Positions 40,354 through 51,105 of a DNA stretch of 64,000 nt are shown piece after piece (position 1 is the first letter of the stretch; each line of letters opens with the position of its first letter). Under the pieces are notes generated by a model that ran no database searches, was not told where the DNA came from, and was given only the letters and a program-made list of their open reading frames with translations. The DNA comes from an uncultured Acidobacteriota bacterium (lineage in GTDB: Bacteria > Acidobacteriota > Thermoanaerobaculia > UBA5066). The translations under genes were made by a program, and so were the position numbers. Where the stretch lies: contig CAVZYA010000001.1 in assembly GCA_963779415.1 (NCBI GenBank), positions 1,984,001 to 2,048,000 of the forward strand, read 5' to 3'.

Positions 40354-41442
40354 TCATTGGAGCCGCCGTGGATCACCCGTGAATCGAATGATGCCAAGGC
40401 GATAATCGGGCGCCGTCGGCGAGCGAAGCGCGATGAACCGCAGCGTCGTCGTTACGCGTCCGCCGGGGGCCAGCGTCAGGCCGTCCTTCGGGAAAAGACC
40501 GAGGTAGTACACCGGCCGGCCTCCGGGGAATCCGAACAGCCACCCCTCCTTGGGCAAGTCCTGCACGGTCAGATGCAGCGGGCCGATCAGGGGCCAGTCG
40601 GACGTGTTGGTGATGGTGACCGTCTGAGCGTAAATCGGCGTCTTCTGCCTCGAGGTGAGAGCCGGGTCGAGCTCGAGCGACGATTTCTCGAATCGCACCC
40701 TCGCCGTCAGCTCCTCCGGGGGAAGGGGATGTCCGACATCCTCGACGACGAACGTGAAGAATGTCTTCGGGCTTCCGTTTGTTGCGCTCACCGATGCCGT
40801 GCCGAGACCGACGGCCTCGACGTTCCCCTCGGGATCCACACGGACGACCCGCGGGTCGCTGGACGCGTAGACGGTGCCCGTCACGGAGGACGAAAGATCC
40901 CGGGTGACGCCGCCGGGGTAGTTGCCGGTGACGTAGACGCGCGCCTTCGTTCCGACCGAACTGAACCGATGATAGGACTCGAGCGGGCTGACGCTTTGCG
41001 GTGCGGTCGCAGGCCGGACGACGATCGTGACACTCGTCCCCTCGAAGGGGTTTCCCCTCGCATCGATCCCACCGAGGGTCAGCGAAAACGAACCGGAGGA
41101 ATCCTCCGGGATGACGAACCGGCCTCGGTACGTGACTCCATCCGCGTCCCGTGAGAGTTCAAGCACCCCGACGCCTCCCACGCCGACTCCAGCGAAAACG
41201 GCCGCCAACGGTGCGGCGGCCCGCACGACAAGGTGGACCGTGTCCCCGGGGGCGAAACGCTGACCTTCGACGGGAGAGACGAACCGCGCCCGGGGGTCGA
41301 CGCTGGCGTCGTTGCTCCGCCCCGGTCCGGCGACGCAGAGAATCAATCCGATCCCCGCAAACCACTTCGCCGCGAACCGGGTGCGCAGGGTGAATGGACG
41401 CTTCGCAACACCGACCTTCCGACTGATCTCCTCGATCGGCAT
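40354..41442 (-). CDS. Secreted Ig-like domain protein
   Basis: Signal-like segment; YASSDPRVVRVDPEG.V.AVG.GTASV (Big_2-like). Confidence 0.6.
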   Translation of the reverse strand: MPIEEISRKVGVAKRPFTLRTRFAAKWFAGIGLILCVAGPGRSNDASVDPRARFVSPVEGQRFAPGDTVHLVVRAAAPLAAVFAGVGVGGVGVLELSRDADGVTYRGRFVIPEDSSGSFSLTLGGIDARGNPFEGTSVTIVVRPATAPQSVSPLESYHRFSSVGTKARVYVTGNYPGGVTRDLSSSVTGTVYASSDPRVVRVDPEGNVEAVGLGTASVSATNGSPKTFFTFVVEDVGHPLPPEELTARVRFEKSSLELDPALTSRQKTPIYAQTVTITNTSDWPLIGPLHLTVQDLPKEGWLFGFPGGRPVYYLGLFPKDGLTLAPGGRVTTTLRFIALRSPTAPDYRLGIIRFTGDPRRLQ

Positions 41443-41602
41443 CCTCGGACTCTCCCTGCCGTAGGATAGCGTCGCAGAACCGCGGAAGACGCCCGACGTG
41501 ACTCTCCGCGGATGATGCGAGCGCCTCATTGCACCTGGTCCCGACCGATCCGATTCTTACTGCAGGAGAGCGTCGTGAGGCCGCCAAAGAGGACCGCCAA
41601 GC

Positions 41603-42131
41603 ATGACCACTGAACCCGTCACCCGGCGCTACGAGATGGTCAACGTCCGGCCGGGCTACCTGATCATCGAGCAGGAGAATCACACCCTCGCCCGGCGCTC
41701 CTACTTCGTGGCGGAGCGGACCCCACCCCTGGAGGAGTACCGCGAGGGCATCGAGTTCTGGAAGCCCCAGGAGGCGGCCCAGACCTTCCAGTTCGACGTC
41801 CGCGACATCCTGACCGGCGAGGTGGTGCCCTTCGGCGAGCTGGCGGGGCTGCTCTATTACGCCTGCTGCGCCCGAGGACAGCACCGTCTACCAGATCGGC
41901 GACCTGGCCCACGACCAGCGGGTCTCGCTCTACGTGGCGATCACCACCGAGAGCGAGGAGGGACCTGCGCCCATGCCTCTCGAGAAGGTCCGGGTCCTCA
42001 ACGCTCTCTTCAACGAGCGCCTGACCAGCCCCCGGAAGAAGGTGCTGATCCTGCCCGACCTCTTCGGCCTCCGCCACGAGATCACGTACGAGCAGATCGC
42101 GATCGACTTCGGCCTCACGTCCATGGAATGA
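41603..42131 (+). CDS. Hypothetical protein, first gene of the redox operon; frameshift near 41870
   Basis: Coding-like text continues across one indel (YACCA/EDSTVYQIGD...DFGLTSME*). Confidence 0.65.
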
Positions 42132-42141
42132 GGAGCAGAGG

Positions 42142-42471
42142 ATGAAGATTCAGGAACTCGCGGAGCGGCTCGAGCTCAAAGCGGCCACCAAGGTCTTCGA
42201 CCGGGACGTGACGGGCGTCTACATCTCGGACATGGTCAGCGACGTGATCGCCAACGCCAAGGCGGGCGACCTGCTGGTCACCGCGCAGGCGCACGCCAAC
42301 GTGGTCGCCGCCGCCAACCTGGTCGACACCTGCGCCATCGTCATCACCCAGGGCAAGGCCCTCGGCGACGACGTGGTGAAGATGGCGGAGAAGGCCGAGA
42401 TCTCGGTCTTCACCACGGCCCTGAACCGCTGGCAAATGGCCACGAAGCTGTATGAGGCCGGCATCCGTTAG
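42142..42471 (+). CDS. DRTGG-domain protein
   Basis: GVYISDMVSDVIA...LLVT...NVVAAANL. Confidence 0.85.
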   Translation: MKIQELAERLELKAATKVFDRDVTGVYISDMVSDVIANAKAGDLLVTAQAHANVVAAANLVDTCAIVITQGKALGDDVVKMAEKAEISVFTTALNRWQMATKLYEAGIR

Positions 42472-42504
42472 ACGGCCGCCCCGAGGTGGCCCCGAGGTGA
42501 GGGC

Positions 42505-42873
42505 ATGCTTCTCGCGGAGATCGTCACGCTCCTCGGCTGCACGGAGCTGCTGGACCTCGACCCGCCCGGCGGCCGGGAGATCGCCGGCTGCTTCGCCGCC
42601 GACCTCATGAGCGAGGTGCTGGCCTTCTGCGGCCACGGACCCCTGCTCATCACCGGGTTGACCAACGTGCAATCGGTACACACGGCCGAGGTGGTCGACG
42701 CGCAGGCCATCCTCTACGTCAACGGAAAGCGGCCCGACGCGCAGGTGCTGGCCCTGGCCCGTGCGCGCGGCCTGCCCCTGCTCTCCACCCCCCTGACGAT
42801 GTACGAGGCCTGCGGCCGCCTGACCCGGGCCGGCCTGCCCGCCTCCACCAAGCAAAAGGGGACCGCGCCCTGA
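42505..42873 (+). CDS. DRTGG-domain protein
   Basis: ADLMSEVLA...LLITGLTN..SVHTA...YEACGRL. Confidence 0.85.
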   Translation: MLLAEIVTLLGCTELLDLDPPGGREIAGCFAADLMSEVLAFCGHGPLLITGLTNVQSVHTAEVVDAQAILYVNGKRPDAQVLALARARGLPLLSTPLTMYEACGRLTRAGLPASTKQKGTAP

Positions 42874-42885
42874 GCGAGGTGCTCT

Positions 42886-43299
42886 ATGCCGAGACGCTTC
42901 CAGATCCGCGGGGGCGACTTCGAGCACGGGGGAGAGGTGGCCACCCGCATCAAGTCCATCTGCAAGGAGCTGGGGATCCGTCCCGACCTCATCCGCCGGC
43001 TCTCCATCGCCAACTTCGAGGCGGAGATGAACGTCATCATGTACGCCGACCGGGCGGACCTGAGCTTTCGGGTCCTGCCCGAGGCGGTGCAGGTGGTCGT
43101 CGCGGACCGCGGCCAGGGGATCCCCGACATCGAGCTCGCCATGATCCCGGGCTGGTCCACCGCCACGCCCGAGATGCGCGCCCGAGGCTTCGGAGCGGGG
43201 CTCGGTCTGCCCAACATCAAAAACAGCGTGGACGAGTTCCATCTGGAGTCGACCCCCGGGGTCGGCACCACGCTCACCTATGTCGTACGACTCGCCTGA
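42886..43299 (+). CDS. RsbT/RsbW-like HATPase Ser/Thr kinase (anti-sigma type)
   Basis: EAEMNV, DRGQGI, GWSTA, GFGAGLGLPN. Confidence 0.88.
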   Translation: MPRRFQIRGGDFEHGGEVATRIKSICKELGIRPDLIRRLSIANFEAEMNVIMYADRADLSFRVLPEAVQVVVADRGQGIPDIELAMIPGWSTATPEMRARGFGAGLGLPNIKNSVDEFHLESTPGVGTTLTYVVRLA

Positions 43300-44620
43300 C
43301 CTCCCGGAAGGCGACCGCGCCCCGAGCAGGCACTCGATCGTCTTCGACCCGCAACGCTGCGTGGGTTGCGTCGATTGCTGCAAGGCCTGCCCCACCGGGG
43401 CCATCCGCGTGCGGAGCGGGTGCGCGGTGGCCGACCCCGAGCTGTGCATCGACTGCGGCGGGTGCATCCGCTGGTGCCGGCACGGGGCGGTGCATGCGGT
43501 CACCGCCACCTCCGCGGACCTCAGGCGCTTCAAGTACACGGTGGCCTTGCCCACGCTGACCCTCTACTCCCAGTTCGGAAAGGACGTGGAGCCGGGCCAG
43601 GTGCTGCAGGCTCTCCGGACTCTCGGCTTCGACGACGTCTACGACCTGTCGGCCATGTGCGACATGCACGCCAGCGCCACCGACGCCTATCTTTCGGAGT
43701 GCCACGGTCCCTGGCCCAAGATCTCGGTGACCTGCCCCGCCATCATCCGCCTGATACAGCTCCGCTACCCGGACATGATCGACAACCTGCTCCCCATCGA
43801 GACCCCGAGGGAACTCGCCGCCAAGCTGCTGCGCCGGCGGCTGGTGGCGGAGAAGGGGCTCGACCCCGGCGACATCGGCATCTTCCTCATCACTCCCTGC
43901 AGCGCCATGCTGCAATCCATCCACCACCCGGAGACCCTGGAGGCGTCGTACATGGACGGGGCCTTCTCCATCGCCGAGCTCTACGGTCCCCTGCTCCGGG
44001 CCATCAAGGCCGGCGGGCCGGCAGAGAACCCCCCGCTCCTCAGCGAGCGCGGACTGCTCTGGGCGATGGCGGGCGGCGAGATCGCGGGTCTTCGCAACGC
44101 CAACACGATGACCATCGGGGGGGTGCGCGACGTCCTGCGCGTCTTCGACCACATCGAGGAGGGAAAGCTCCAGGCCGTCGACTTCATCGAGGCCTACGTC
44201 TGCCCGGACGGCTGCATCAGCGGGCAGCTCACGGTGGAAGGCCACTACGCCGCCCGGCGCACCGTGCGGGAGATCGTGCGCCGGCACGGCCGGCAGGCGG
44301 GAGAAGGGGCGGTGGTGCCCGAGGAGAAGGTGCGCGCGATGCTGCAGGAGCACTTCTTCGACCTCGAAGAGCACCTGCAGGCCCGTCCCGTGCGCCCCCT
44401 GGGGCGCGACCTGCGCGAAGCGGCGGCGCGCAAGCGGGAGGTGGGGCGAGTGCTGGCACAGCTGCCGGCCAAGAACTGCGCGGCGTGCGGCGCCCCCGGC
44501 TGTGCCGCCCACGCCGAGGACGTCGTGCGCGGCAGGGCCGAGCTGGAAGACTGCGTCTTCGTCCGCATCGAACGCCTGCAGGAGGCGATCGCCTCCATGA
44601 AGGAACCCGGCCATGAGTAG
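43280..44620 (+). CDS. Putative sensory [FeFe]-hydrogenase-like Fe-S protein (group C/D-like, no PAS)
   Basis: N-terminal 2x[4Fe-4S]; H-domain motifs SVTCPA, ITPCSAM, EAYVCPDGCISG; C-terminal CAACGAPGC...C Fe-S domain. Confidence 0.8.
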   Translation: MSYDSPDLPEGDRAPSRHSIVFDPQRCVGCVDCCKACPTGAIRVRSGCAVADPELCIDCGGCIRWCRHGAVHAVTATSADLRRFKYTVALPTLTLYSQFGKDVEPGQVLQALRTLGFDDVYDLSAMCDMHASATDAYLSECHGPWPKISVTCPAIIRLIQLRYPDMIDNLLPIETPRELAAKLLRRRLVAEKGLDPGDIGIFLITPCSAMLQSIHHPETLEASYMDGAFSIAELYGPLLRAIKAGGPAENPPLLSERGLLWAMAGGEIAGLRNANTMTIGGVRDVLRVFDHIEEGKLQAVDFIEAYVCPDGCISGQLTVEGHYAARRTVREIVRRHGRQAGEGAVVPEEKVRAMLQEHFFDLEEHLQARPVRPLGRDLREAAARKREVGRVLAQLPAKNCAACGAPGCAAHAEDVVRGRAELEDCVFVRIERLQEAIASMKEPGHE

Positions 44621-45014
44621 ACAAATGCTCGTGCTGGAGCTCTGCTGCCCCCAGTGCGGCGCGGCGCTCACCGAGGGGACCCGGGTGCGCCTCGACGGCC
44701 ACGTGCGCCGCACCCACCAGCCGGTGGAGGTCTCCCTGAGCGCCGTCTTCGGCGACTACAGCGTGGAGGCGGACCTCGCCCTGGAGGAGGGCGACGTCGT
44801 CGATCTCAGCTGCCCCAGATGCGAGGCCAGCGTGATGCTGCCGCTGGCCTGCAAGATCTGCGGCGCCAGCATGGCGTCGCTCAACATTGCCAAGGGCGGC
44901 TACCTGGAGTTCTGCTCCCGGCGCGGCTGCAAGGCCCACGCCTTCGGGGGCACCGGCGACATCGACGACATGATGAGCCTGATGAACCGCATGTTCAAGA
45001 CGCCCTATGACTAG
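44613..45014 (+). CDS. Cys-rich putative metal-binding protein
   Basis: CCPQC, CPRC, CKIC, CSRRGC..H. Confidence 0.7.
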   Translation: MSRQMLVLELCCPQCGAALTEGTRVRLDGHVRRTHQPVEVSLSAVFGDYSVEADLALEEGDVVDLSCPRCEASVMLPLACKICGASMASLNIAKGGYLEFCSRRGCKAHAFGGTGDIDDMMSLMNRMFKTPYD

Positions 45015-45036
45015 GGCGGCCCCGGGAGACCACGAC

Positions 45037-45517
45037 ATGGAAGCGCCTCGGGTCTATGACTTCAGGAACCTCCACTACAGGGGGGAGGGCGGGGTCCTGA
45101 TCCCGCTCCTGCAGAAAGTCCAGACCGAGGACGGCTACATCTCCCGCGAGCGGATCGCCGAGATCCACAGGAAGACGGGGGTGCCCCTCTCGCAGATCTT
45201 CGGGGTGGCCACCTTCTACGCCCAGTTCCGGCTGCACCCCGTGGGCCGCAACATCATCAAGGTCTGCCACGGCACGGCCTGCCACGTGGCGAAAGCCGAG
45301 GGGATCTCCAGGACTCTGCGAGGACCAGCTGAAGATCGGGGAGGGGGAGACCACTCCGGACCGCGAGTTCACCCTGGAGACGGTCTCCTGCCTGGGCTGC
45401 TGCAGCCTGGCCCCGGTGATCATGATCAACAAGGAGACCCACGGCAACCTCAAGCCCACCGATCTCAGGAAGGTGCTCAAGCCCTACCGGGACGGGAAGA
45501 CGGAGGCGGGCTCGTGA
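45037..45517 (+). CDS. HydC/NuoE-like [2Fe-2S] subunit; frameshift near 45320
   Basis: LIPLLQ, VATFYAQF, CHGTAC, then SCLGCCSLAP in a shifted frame. Confidence 0.88.
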
Positions 45518-47279
45518 GGATCCTGGTGGGGCTCGGCACGTGCGGGGTCGCGGCGGGCGCCGGGGCGACCTACGCCGCGATCCTGGCCAAGGCGGGGCCG
45601 CGGAGCGACCGCTGCAAGGTTGAGAAGACCGGCTGCGTGGGGATGTGCTATCGCGAGCCGCTCGTGGAGCTGCGCGAGGACGACGGGACGCGCTGGCAGT
45701 ACGGGCAGATGACCCCCGACAGGGTCGACCGGCTGCTCGAAGAGCACGTCGAGAAGGGCCAGCCCATCGAGGAGTGGCTGGTCTGGACGAGCGACGGCAA
45801 GGGCAAGGAGAATTCCTTCCTCGACCGCCAGCAGCGCATCGTGCTGCGCAACTGCGGCGTGATCGACCCGGAGAAGATCGAGCAATACCTGGAGGTGGGC
45901 GGGTACGAGGCCCTCCAGAGCGTCCTCGGCCAGAAGGACCCCGACGGCCTCATCAACCTGATCATCGACTCCGGGCTGCGTGGGCGCGGGGGGGCGGGCT
46001 TCCTCACCGGGATGAAGTGGCGCTTCACCCGACGGGCCGCCGGGCAGGCAGAAGTACGTGATCTGCAACGCCGACGAGGGCGACCCCGGGGCCTTCATGG
46101 ATCGCTCCGTCCTGGAGAGCGACCCCCACTCGGTGCTGGAGGGGATGGCCATCGCCGGCCACGCCATCGGCTCCACCCGGGGCTACATCTACGTCCGCGC
46201 CGAGTACCCGATGGCCGTCGAGCGGCTGAACATCGCCATCGCCCAGGCCGAGGCGCGCCGCCTTCTGGGCGACAACGTCTTCGGCACCGGGTTCGAGTTC
46301 CGCGTCGAGCTGAAGGAAGGGGCGGGGGCTTTCGTCTGCGGCGAGGAGACCGCCCTCATCGCCTCGATCGAGGGCCGTCGCGGCATGCCGCGGGTGCGGC
46401 CCCCCTTTCCCGCGGTCAAGGGCCTGTGGGAGTGCCCAACCTGCATCAACAACGTGGAAACCTTCGCCAACGTCCCCTGGATCGTGCGGAACGGGGCGCA
46501 GGCCTTCAATCGCCTCGGCACCGCCAACAGCAAGGGCACCAAGGTCTTCGCCATGGCCGGCAAGATCCGGCGGGGCGGGCTCGTGGAGGTCCCCATGGGG
46601 ATCTCCATCCGGGAGATCGTCCACGAGGTCTGCGGGGGCATCAAGGAGAACCGCAGAGTTCAAGGCCGTGCAGATGGGCGGCCCCTCCGGAGGCTGCATC
46701 CCCGCGGAGCTGGAGAACACGGTCATCGACTACGAGTCCATCAACAAGACGGGCGCCATCATGGGCTCGGGCGGGCTGGTGGTGCTCGACGAGACCACCT
46801 GCATGGTGGACGTGGCCCGCTTCTTCCTGGACTTCACCCAGCGCGAGTCCTGCGGAAAGTGCACGTTCTGCCGGGTGGGCACCAAGCGGATGCTGGAGAT
46901 CCTCACCCGCATCACCGAGGGAAAGGGGATGGAGGGGGACATCGAGAGGCTGGAGAACCTGGCCTCCCTGGTGAAGAACAACTCGCTGTGCGGCCTGGGC
47001 CAGACCGCCCCGAATCCGGTGCTCACCACCCTCAAGTACTTCCGCGCGGAGTACGAGGCGCACATCTCCAACCGCAAGTGCCCCGCTCACCAGTGCCAGG
47101 CCCTGCTCACCTACACCGTCAACGAGAAGTGCAACGGCTGCGGAGTGTGCGGGCGGGTCTGCACGGCCAAGGCCATCACCGGCAAGAAACGCAAGCCCTG
47201 CGTCATCGACCACAGCCGGTGCACCCGCTGCGACGAGTGCTACCGGGCCTGCCGCTTCGAAGCGATCTCGAGGGTGTAG
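45514..47279 (+). CDS. HydB/NuoF-like FMN/NAD subunit of the bifurcating (Bfu) type; frameshifts near 46045 and 46655
   Basis: N-terminal thioredoxin-like [2Fe-2S], [41 protein letters not shown]-terminal 2x[4Fe-4S]. Confidence 0.9.
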
Positions 47280-47283
47280 GGTC

Positions 47284-50200
47284 GTGGAACTCGTCAAGCT
47301 CCACATCGACGGCAAGCGGGTCATCGCCGACAACCGCATGACCATCCTGGAGGTGGCCCGCGAGAACGGGATCACCTCCATCCCCACCCTCTGCCACGAC
47401 GGGCGCCTCGAGCCCTTTGCCTCCTGCTTCGTCTGCGTGGTGAAGGTGCAGGGGGCGCGCACCCTCGTGCCGGCCTGCTCCACCCGGGTGGCGGCGGGCA
47501 TGGTGGTGGAGACCGTGAGCCCGGAGATCCGGCGTTCGCGCAAGGCGGCTCTGGAGCTGATGCTCTCCAACCACTTCGCGGACTGTATCGGTCCCTGCCA
47601 GCTGGCCTGCCCGGCGGGGGTGGACATCCAGGGCTACATCGCCCTGGCCGCACTGGGCAAGTACCACGACGCCATCGCCCTCATCAAGGACCGCAACCCC
47701 CTTCCCGCGGTCTGCGGGCGCGTCTGCACCCGCCCCTGCGAGGTCAAGGGCTGCCGGCGCACCCTGCTCGACGAGGCCGTGGGCGTCGACTACATCAAGC
47801 GCTATCTCTCCGACGCTCGATCTGGGCGACAAGGACCCCTGGCGCCCGACCGTGGCCCCTCCGAACGGCAAGAAGGTGGCGGTGGTGGGGGCGGGCCCGG
47901 CGGGGCTGTCGTGCGCCTACTACCTCGCCGTCCGCGGCTACAACGTCTCGATGTTCGAGGCCCAGCCCGAGGCGGGGGGGATGCTGCGCTACGGCATCCC
48001 CGAGTACCGCCTGCCCAAGGACGTGCTCGACCTGGAGATCAACCAGATCCTCGACCTCGGCGTCCAGATCTCCACCAACGTCCAGCTCGGGCGCGACTTC
48101 ACGATCGCCAGCCTGAAGCAGGGGGGCTACGACGCCATCTTCCTGGGGCTCGGGGCCTGGGACAGCTCCAGGATGCGCGTCGAGGACGAGGACTCCCCGG
48201 GGGTTCTTGCCGGCATCGACTTCCTCAAGCAGTTCGGCCTCAAGCGCAGGATCGACATCCACGGCAGGGTGCTGGTGGTGGGGGGCGGCAACACGGCCAT
48301 CGACTGCGCGCGCACCGCCCTGCGTCTGGGCGTCGCCGAAGTGCGCCTCCTCTACCGGCGCACGCGCAAGGAGATGCCCGCGAGCGAGATGGAGATCGTG
48401 GAGGCGGAGCACGAGGGCGTGAAGATGGACTTCCTGGTCGCCCCCGTGCGGGTGCTGCGCGGGGAGAACGGCCGGGTGGCGGGGGTGGAGTGCATCCGCA
48501 TGGAGCTGGGCGAGCCCGACCAGAGCGGCCGCCGCAGCCCCAAGCCCGTTCGCGGCTCCGAGTTCCGCATCGACTGCGATTTCGTCCTCGCCGCCATCGG
48601 CCAGGCGACGCGCCTCTCGGAGCTGGTGGACGGGCGGGTGCCCAACTTCCTCCCTCTTGGCGAGTCGCTGAGCCTCACCCGCTGGCAGACCGTCGAGGTC
48701 AACGAGCGGACCTTCGAGACGACCGTGGACGGAGTCTTCTCGGGGGGCGACGTGGTGACGGGGGCGGCCACCGCCATCGAGGCCATCGCCGCCGGACGCA
48801 AGGCCGCCTACGCCATCGACCGTTACGTGGCCACGGGCCGGGCCGAGCCCGAGCCGGTGGAGGTCTACAGCCGCAAGGACGCCTACCGAAGGTCAAGGTC
48901 GAGGACCTGCCCCCCGGCTCCACCGAGAGGCGGCGGAGCATGCCCGTGCTTCCCGCCGCGGAGCGCGCCCTCAGCTTCGCCGAGGTGGAGACCGGCTACA
49001 GCCGCGAGGACCTGCGCCGGGAGACGGCAGCGCTGCCTGGAGTGCGGCTGCAGCGCCCTCTTCACCTGCGATCTGCGGCGCTACGCCACCGAGTACGGGG
49101 CCGACCTCACGACGTTCATGGGCGAGGCCGTCGAGCACCCCGTCGACCGGCGCCACCCGCTGCTGGTGCTCGACCCCAACAAGTGCGTGCTGTGCGGCCG
49201 CTGCGTCCGAATCTGCAGCGAGCTGGTGGGGGTGGCCGCCTACGGCTTCGTCAAGCGCGGCTTCGACACCGTGGTCAAGCCCGCCCTGGGCGACTCCCTG
49301 CTCGACACCGAGTGCGTGAGCTGCGGGCTCTGCATCGGCACCTGCCCCACGGGGGCCATCGCCGAGAAGCTGCCCCTGGCCAAGTCCGGCCCCTGGAAGA
49401 CCACACCGGGTGGAGTCGGTGTGTCCCTACTGCAGCGCGGGCTGCCGGCTGGGCTACGAGGTCTCCGGAACCACCCTGGTGCAGGTCTCGCGCGCGGGTG
49501 ACGGCACCGACGGCAACCACTGCAGGAAGGGGCGCTTCGGCTACGGCCACGTGCAGTCGGCCGAGCGCCTGCGCTGGCCCCTGCTGCGCGTCGGGCGCGA
49601 GCTGCAGGAGACGAGCCTCGACGAGGCCCTGCGCTACTCCAGCATGCGGCTCAAGGAGCTCGCCCGCCGCTACGGCGGCGACCAGATGGCGGTGTTCGTC
49701 TCCCCCCGCCTGACCAACGAGGAGATCTACCTCGCCCAGAAGCTGGCCCGGGTGGCTCTGCGCACGCACAACGTGACCTCGCTGGCCCACCTCGTCAACC
49801 GCGAACTGCAGGCCCCGGAGGTGGTGTCCACGGCCTCCTGCGCGGAGATCCGCGACGCCCAGGCCCTGCTGGTGGTCAACACGGCCCTCGACGAGGAGAG
49901 CTTCGCGGTGGACATCGCCTGCAAGCAGGCCATCCGCAAAGGCGCCCGCCTCGTCTACGTCGGCCCCGAGGACAATCTCACCTCGCGCTTCGCCGAGTTG
50001 CACTTGCGTTGCCAACCCGGCGGGCAGGCGTTTGCCATCCTCGGCCTGCTGAAGGACTACGCCGCCCTGCAGCCGGGCGCCCTCGACGACCGGCCAGAGC
50101 TGGCCCAGGCGGTGGCCGATCTCTCCGACGAGCACCTGGAGAAGCTCTCCGGGGTGGCGCGCGCTGCCTCGCGCGAGGCGGCCGCCCTCCTGGCCAGGAC

Positions 50201-51045
50201 CATTCTCAAGGTGATGCTGTTCAACAAGGACTACCGAGGCTCGCGGCGGACCCACGACGAGCGGCTTTTTGCCGAGGCGGCTGCGGCCCTGGGCTGCTCG
50301 CTGCTCGCCCTGCGCGAGAAGGCGAACAGCCCAGGGGCTGCTCGACATGGGCGCCGACCCGCGCTGGCTGCCCGGCTACGTCGACCCCGGGGGCGGCGAG
50401 GCCCTGGAGAAGATGGAGAAGGAGCTGGGGGTCGTCCTGGGCGACCTCTCCCCGCCCGGCCTGGACGTGGCCCAGCTCCTGCGCGACAAGAAGATCAGGG
50501 TCGCCATCGTGCTCGGCGAGGACCCGGTGGGCGCCCCCGGTTTCCCGCAGGAGCTGAGCGACGGCCTCCTGGCCGCCGACTTCCTGCTCGTGGGCGACCT
50601 GTTCCTCACTCCCACCGCCGCCCTCGCCACCGTGGCCCTGCCGCTGTCGAGCACGGCCGAGACGAGCGGCACCATGACCAACGCCGAGCGCCGCGTTCAG
50701 CGACTGCAGCGCGCGGTGCCCCCCGCCGGCGGGATGGAGACCTGGGAGATCCTCGCCCGGCTCGCGAGCCTGCTCGGCTACCGGTTCAAGATGAAGTACG
50801 GGTCCGCCGAGGACGTCACCGCGGAAATCCGACGGGTGGTGCCGATCTGGGCGGGGCTCGACCTTGGCTCCGACAGTGCGGTCTGGGACGCAGGTGGCTT
50901 CAGGCTGCCCAGGGTTTCGTTCACCGGGCCGGGGGAAGTGCTTGCCCCCGTCCCCACCCTCGGGCTCGACACCCTGGAGGTCCGCTTTTCGGCCTGGTTC
51001 GACAAGATCTTCGAGAAGGCCCGCCGGGAGCTGCACGCCGTATAA
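47284..51045 (+). CDS. Large subunit: [2Fe-2S] + GltD/NfnA-like FAD domain + ferredoxin + degenerate FDH/NuoG-like domain; about five frameshifts
   Basis: LCH..CFVC..PAC; PCQLACP; CGRVC; GAGPAG; GGGNTAID; YRRT; CVLCGRC; CVSCGLC; [12 protein letters not shown]; TNEE; GTMTNAERR. Confidence 0.85.
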
Positions 51046-51105
51046 GAGCCGAAATCTGAATTGCGCTCCCGTAGCTGCAAACACAGGACCTATAGAATGC
51101 CTGCC

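Noticed and set aside
49410-51045. Selenocysteine formate dehydrogenase supplied by the nearby modABC
   Set aside because: No in-frame TGA or Cys at the metal-ligand position; modABC is over 18 kb away and has host codon usage.
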